A DNA stretch of 63,175 nucleotides, filler included, from Chrysochromulina tobinii (lineage: Eukaryota), in assembly GCA_001275005.1 (NCBI GenBank). It is 6 parts of 6 records of this genome, joined end to end, with 100 filler letters (N's around TTAATTAATTAA, not from the genome) between each part and the next. Parts side by side here need not be neighbours in the genome. Positions count along the whole stretch, not along the records: positions 53,587 to 63,175 come from JWZX01001253.1; 5 more parts are not named here. One strand, given 5' to 3'. Positions 61,533 through 63,175 of this stretch are shown here, in pieces (the stretch's first letter is position 1; every line of letters starts with the position of its first letter). The position numbers and the translations under genes were made by a program. The notes under the pieces are model-generated. The model saw nothing but the letters and a program-made list of their open reading frames with translations. It ran no database searches and had not been told where the DNA came from.

Positions 61533-62353
61533 GGGAATCGTGTGTGCCCTTCTCACGGCGATGCGAAGATTCTCAAAGACCTGTCTTGATGAAGGCGCAT
61601 CCAGAAAGCAATGACGAAGCAAGAATTGGGGCACATTCTCATTCCAGCCTGTGGGGAAATGGAAGTGGCGCCCGTGATTCGGGTTTCGGCATTTTTGGTG
61701 TGTGAAGAAGAGAGGGATTGCGTGGTGCGCCGCCTTGGGCAGGACCGTGGCATTCGGTCCGTCCAAAGATGAGCGTCTGTCTCATGCTGGTCAATTGACG
61801 CTGGTGTACATACGGAGGCGCCCGTCCCCGTTGTGCGTTGAGCAATGGCCTAGAGCGGCGCTGGGCCGACAAGCACAACTAGGCTCCATTCGCGCGCAGC
61901 GCGCGCAGGGCGCCGCGGCTGCAGGCTGCAGCCGAGTGTCCCAGGAGCCGCGCGCAGGGCAAGGGCCGGGACGGACACGTGTTTTGTGACAAGTGTTTTG
62001 TGGGCTTCATCGTAGAGGGCTCTCTTCCGAAATTCGGTAATCTGATCCCCACAGGAACTTTTTACGATCCTAACCAGGTCCAATGACACGACGGTGAATG
62101 CTTAGGGCGGGACTGGCGGCGCCGCGCGCGCGGGGCGGTGGTCACGCGGGGCGGGCGGGCGCGAGGGTGGGGCGGAAGAGTTCCGTGCGCGCGCACGCAT
62201 GCCGCAAGCCCCGCCCCAAGTGCAGCCCCGTCTCACGCTCGGAGGTCGACTCTCTATGCACCCGGACAGGACCAGCTGCATCGGAGCGGTGTGGGGCCTC
62301 TGTTTTGGTTGTGAACTTATCTGCCGGCCGAACGTGCTCGTGGTCTGCGATCG

Positions 62354-63175
62354 ATGGCTCGAGGACTCCTGCTGCACGGGATCGTCGCCGTGACGGCCTC
62401 GGCACATTCGCCTGTGCCGCCGCCTTTGACCGTAGTGTCGCCTCCGCCGCTCCCGCCCGCGCCCGAGGACGGCGGATTCAGCCCTCTGCCGGCGCCGCGA
62501 CCGCCTTCGACGGAGCTCGGACGAGCCCTCCCGTGCAGCCAGCATGATGGGCGACGGCTCGCGCACTCCACAACCATCGTGGGCTCCGGGTCGATCGTGG
62601 GCAACGTTTTCAATTCGTCCCTAATGGATTACGTGCGTGCGACTCGACCCTGCGCATTGACCTCGGACGCCGCGCCGCGCTCCCATGCCCCTCGAGCTTT
62701 GCTCGCCCACCTGCACGGCCCCTCATGCGCTCTCGCTCGCACTCGCTCCCGCGCACGTGCTGTGCACGCAGGCTTATGGCGTCGCCGTGAGCGGCTCGTA
62801 TGCTTACGTGGCGGCGCATGGGTCCGACTCGCTTGTGGTGGTCGACATTAGCAACCCTGCGTCTCCAGTCATCCGTGGCAACGTAGTGTCGTCGTCTCTT
62901 CTCGATAATGTGCGTGTGCAGCCTAGAGCTTTGCGCGCGCTCATGGCGTCGGGCGTGCCGCGCTTGCGTCCGCATCGCCCATCATTTTCGCCCCCGCGGT
63001 GCCTCCGCCGCTGAAGCCCTCTCGCGCTCTCATGTGCTACAGGCTCGTTCCGTCGCCGTGAGCGGCTCGTACGCTTACGTGGTCGGTGAATACTCCAAAT
63101 CGCTGGTGGTGGTCGACATTAGCAACCCTGCGTCTCCAGTCATCCGTGGCAGCGTAGTGTCGTCGTCTCTTCTGG
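62354..63175 (+). CDS. Secreted LVIVD-repeat (beta-propeller) protein, partial; introns 62633-62771 and 62910-63042
   Basis: Signal-like MARGLLLHGIVAVTASA; repeats AYGVAVSGSYAYVAAHGSDSLVVVDISNPASPVIRG and ARSVAVSGSYAYVVGEYSKSLVVVDISNPASPVIRG. Confidence 0.85.

Overview
GC-rich eukaryotic DNA, most likely a haptophyte alga (Chrysochromulina-like). That assignment is an inference from the short GT/GC-AG introns, the LRR repeat style and a CCACTGATTG-type intron minisatellite. The window is six unrelated contigs joined by artificial 100-nt linkers (44 N + TTAATTAATTAA + 44 N), so adjacency across linkers has no meaning. Contig 1 (1-24382) is a compact housekeeping block: cNMP-binding protein, HRD1, SNAP25-like SNARE, phytoene-synthase-like, BUB3, RWD-RING E3, tepsin, CFAP44, RPS28 and organellar RF1, followed by a repeat-rich tail. 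Contig 2 has a Skp1-like + F-box-like + LRR gene, a LINE endonuclease relic and a CUE-PDZ-E2-UFD1-UBX fusion. Contig 3 is a Copia polyprotein with an in-frame C5-cytosine-methyltransferase-like domain and a Tudor-like domain, and an internally deleted RT. Contig 4 has a GDPD, a 2OG-Fe(II) oxygenase-WWE protein, a membrane protein, and a tyrosine recombinase followed by a hairpin array and a strongly self-complementary ~320-nt noncoding segment. Contig 5 has an intron-containing Helitron Rep fragment head-to-head with an ARM-repeat gene. Contig 6 has a frameshifted GH92, an ARM protein, a homeodomain TF and an LVIVD-repeat gene. All calls come from reading motifs by eye; no database search was run.
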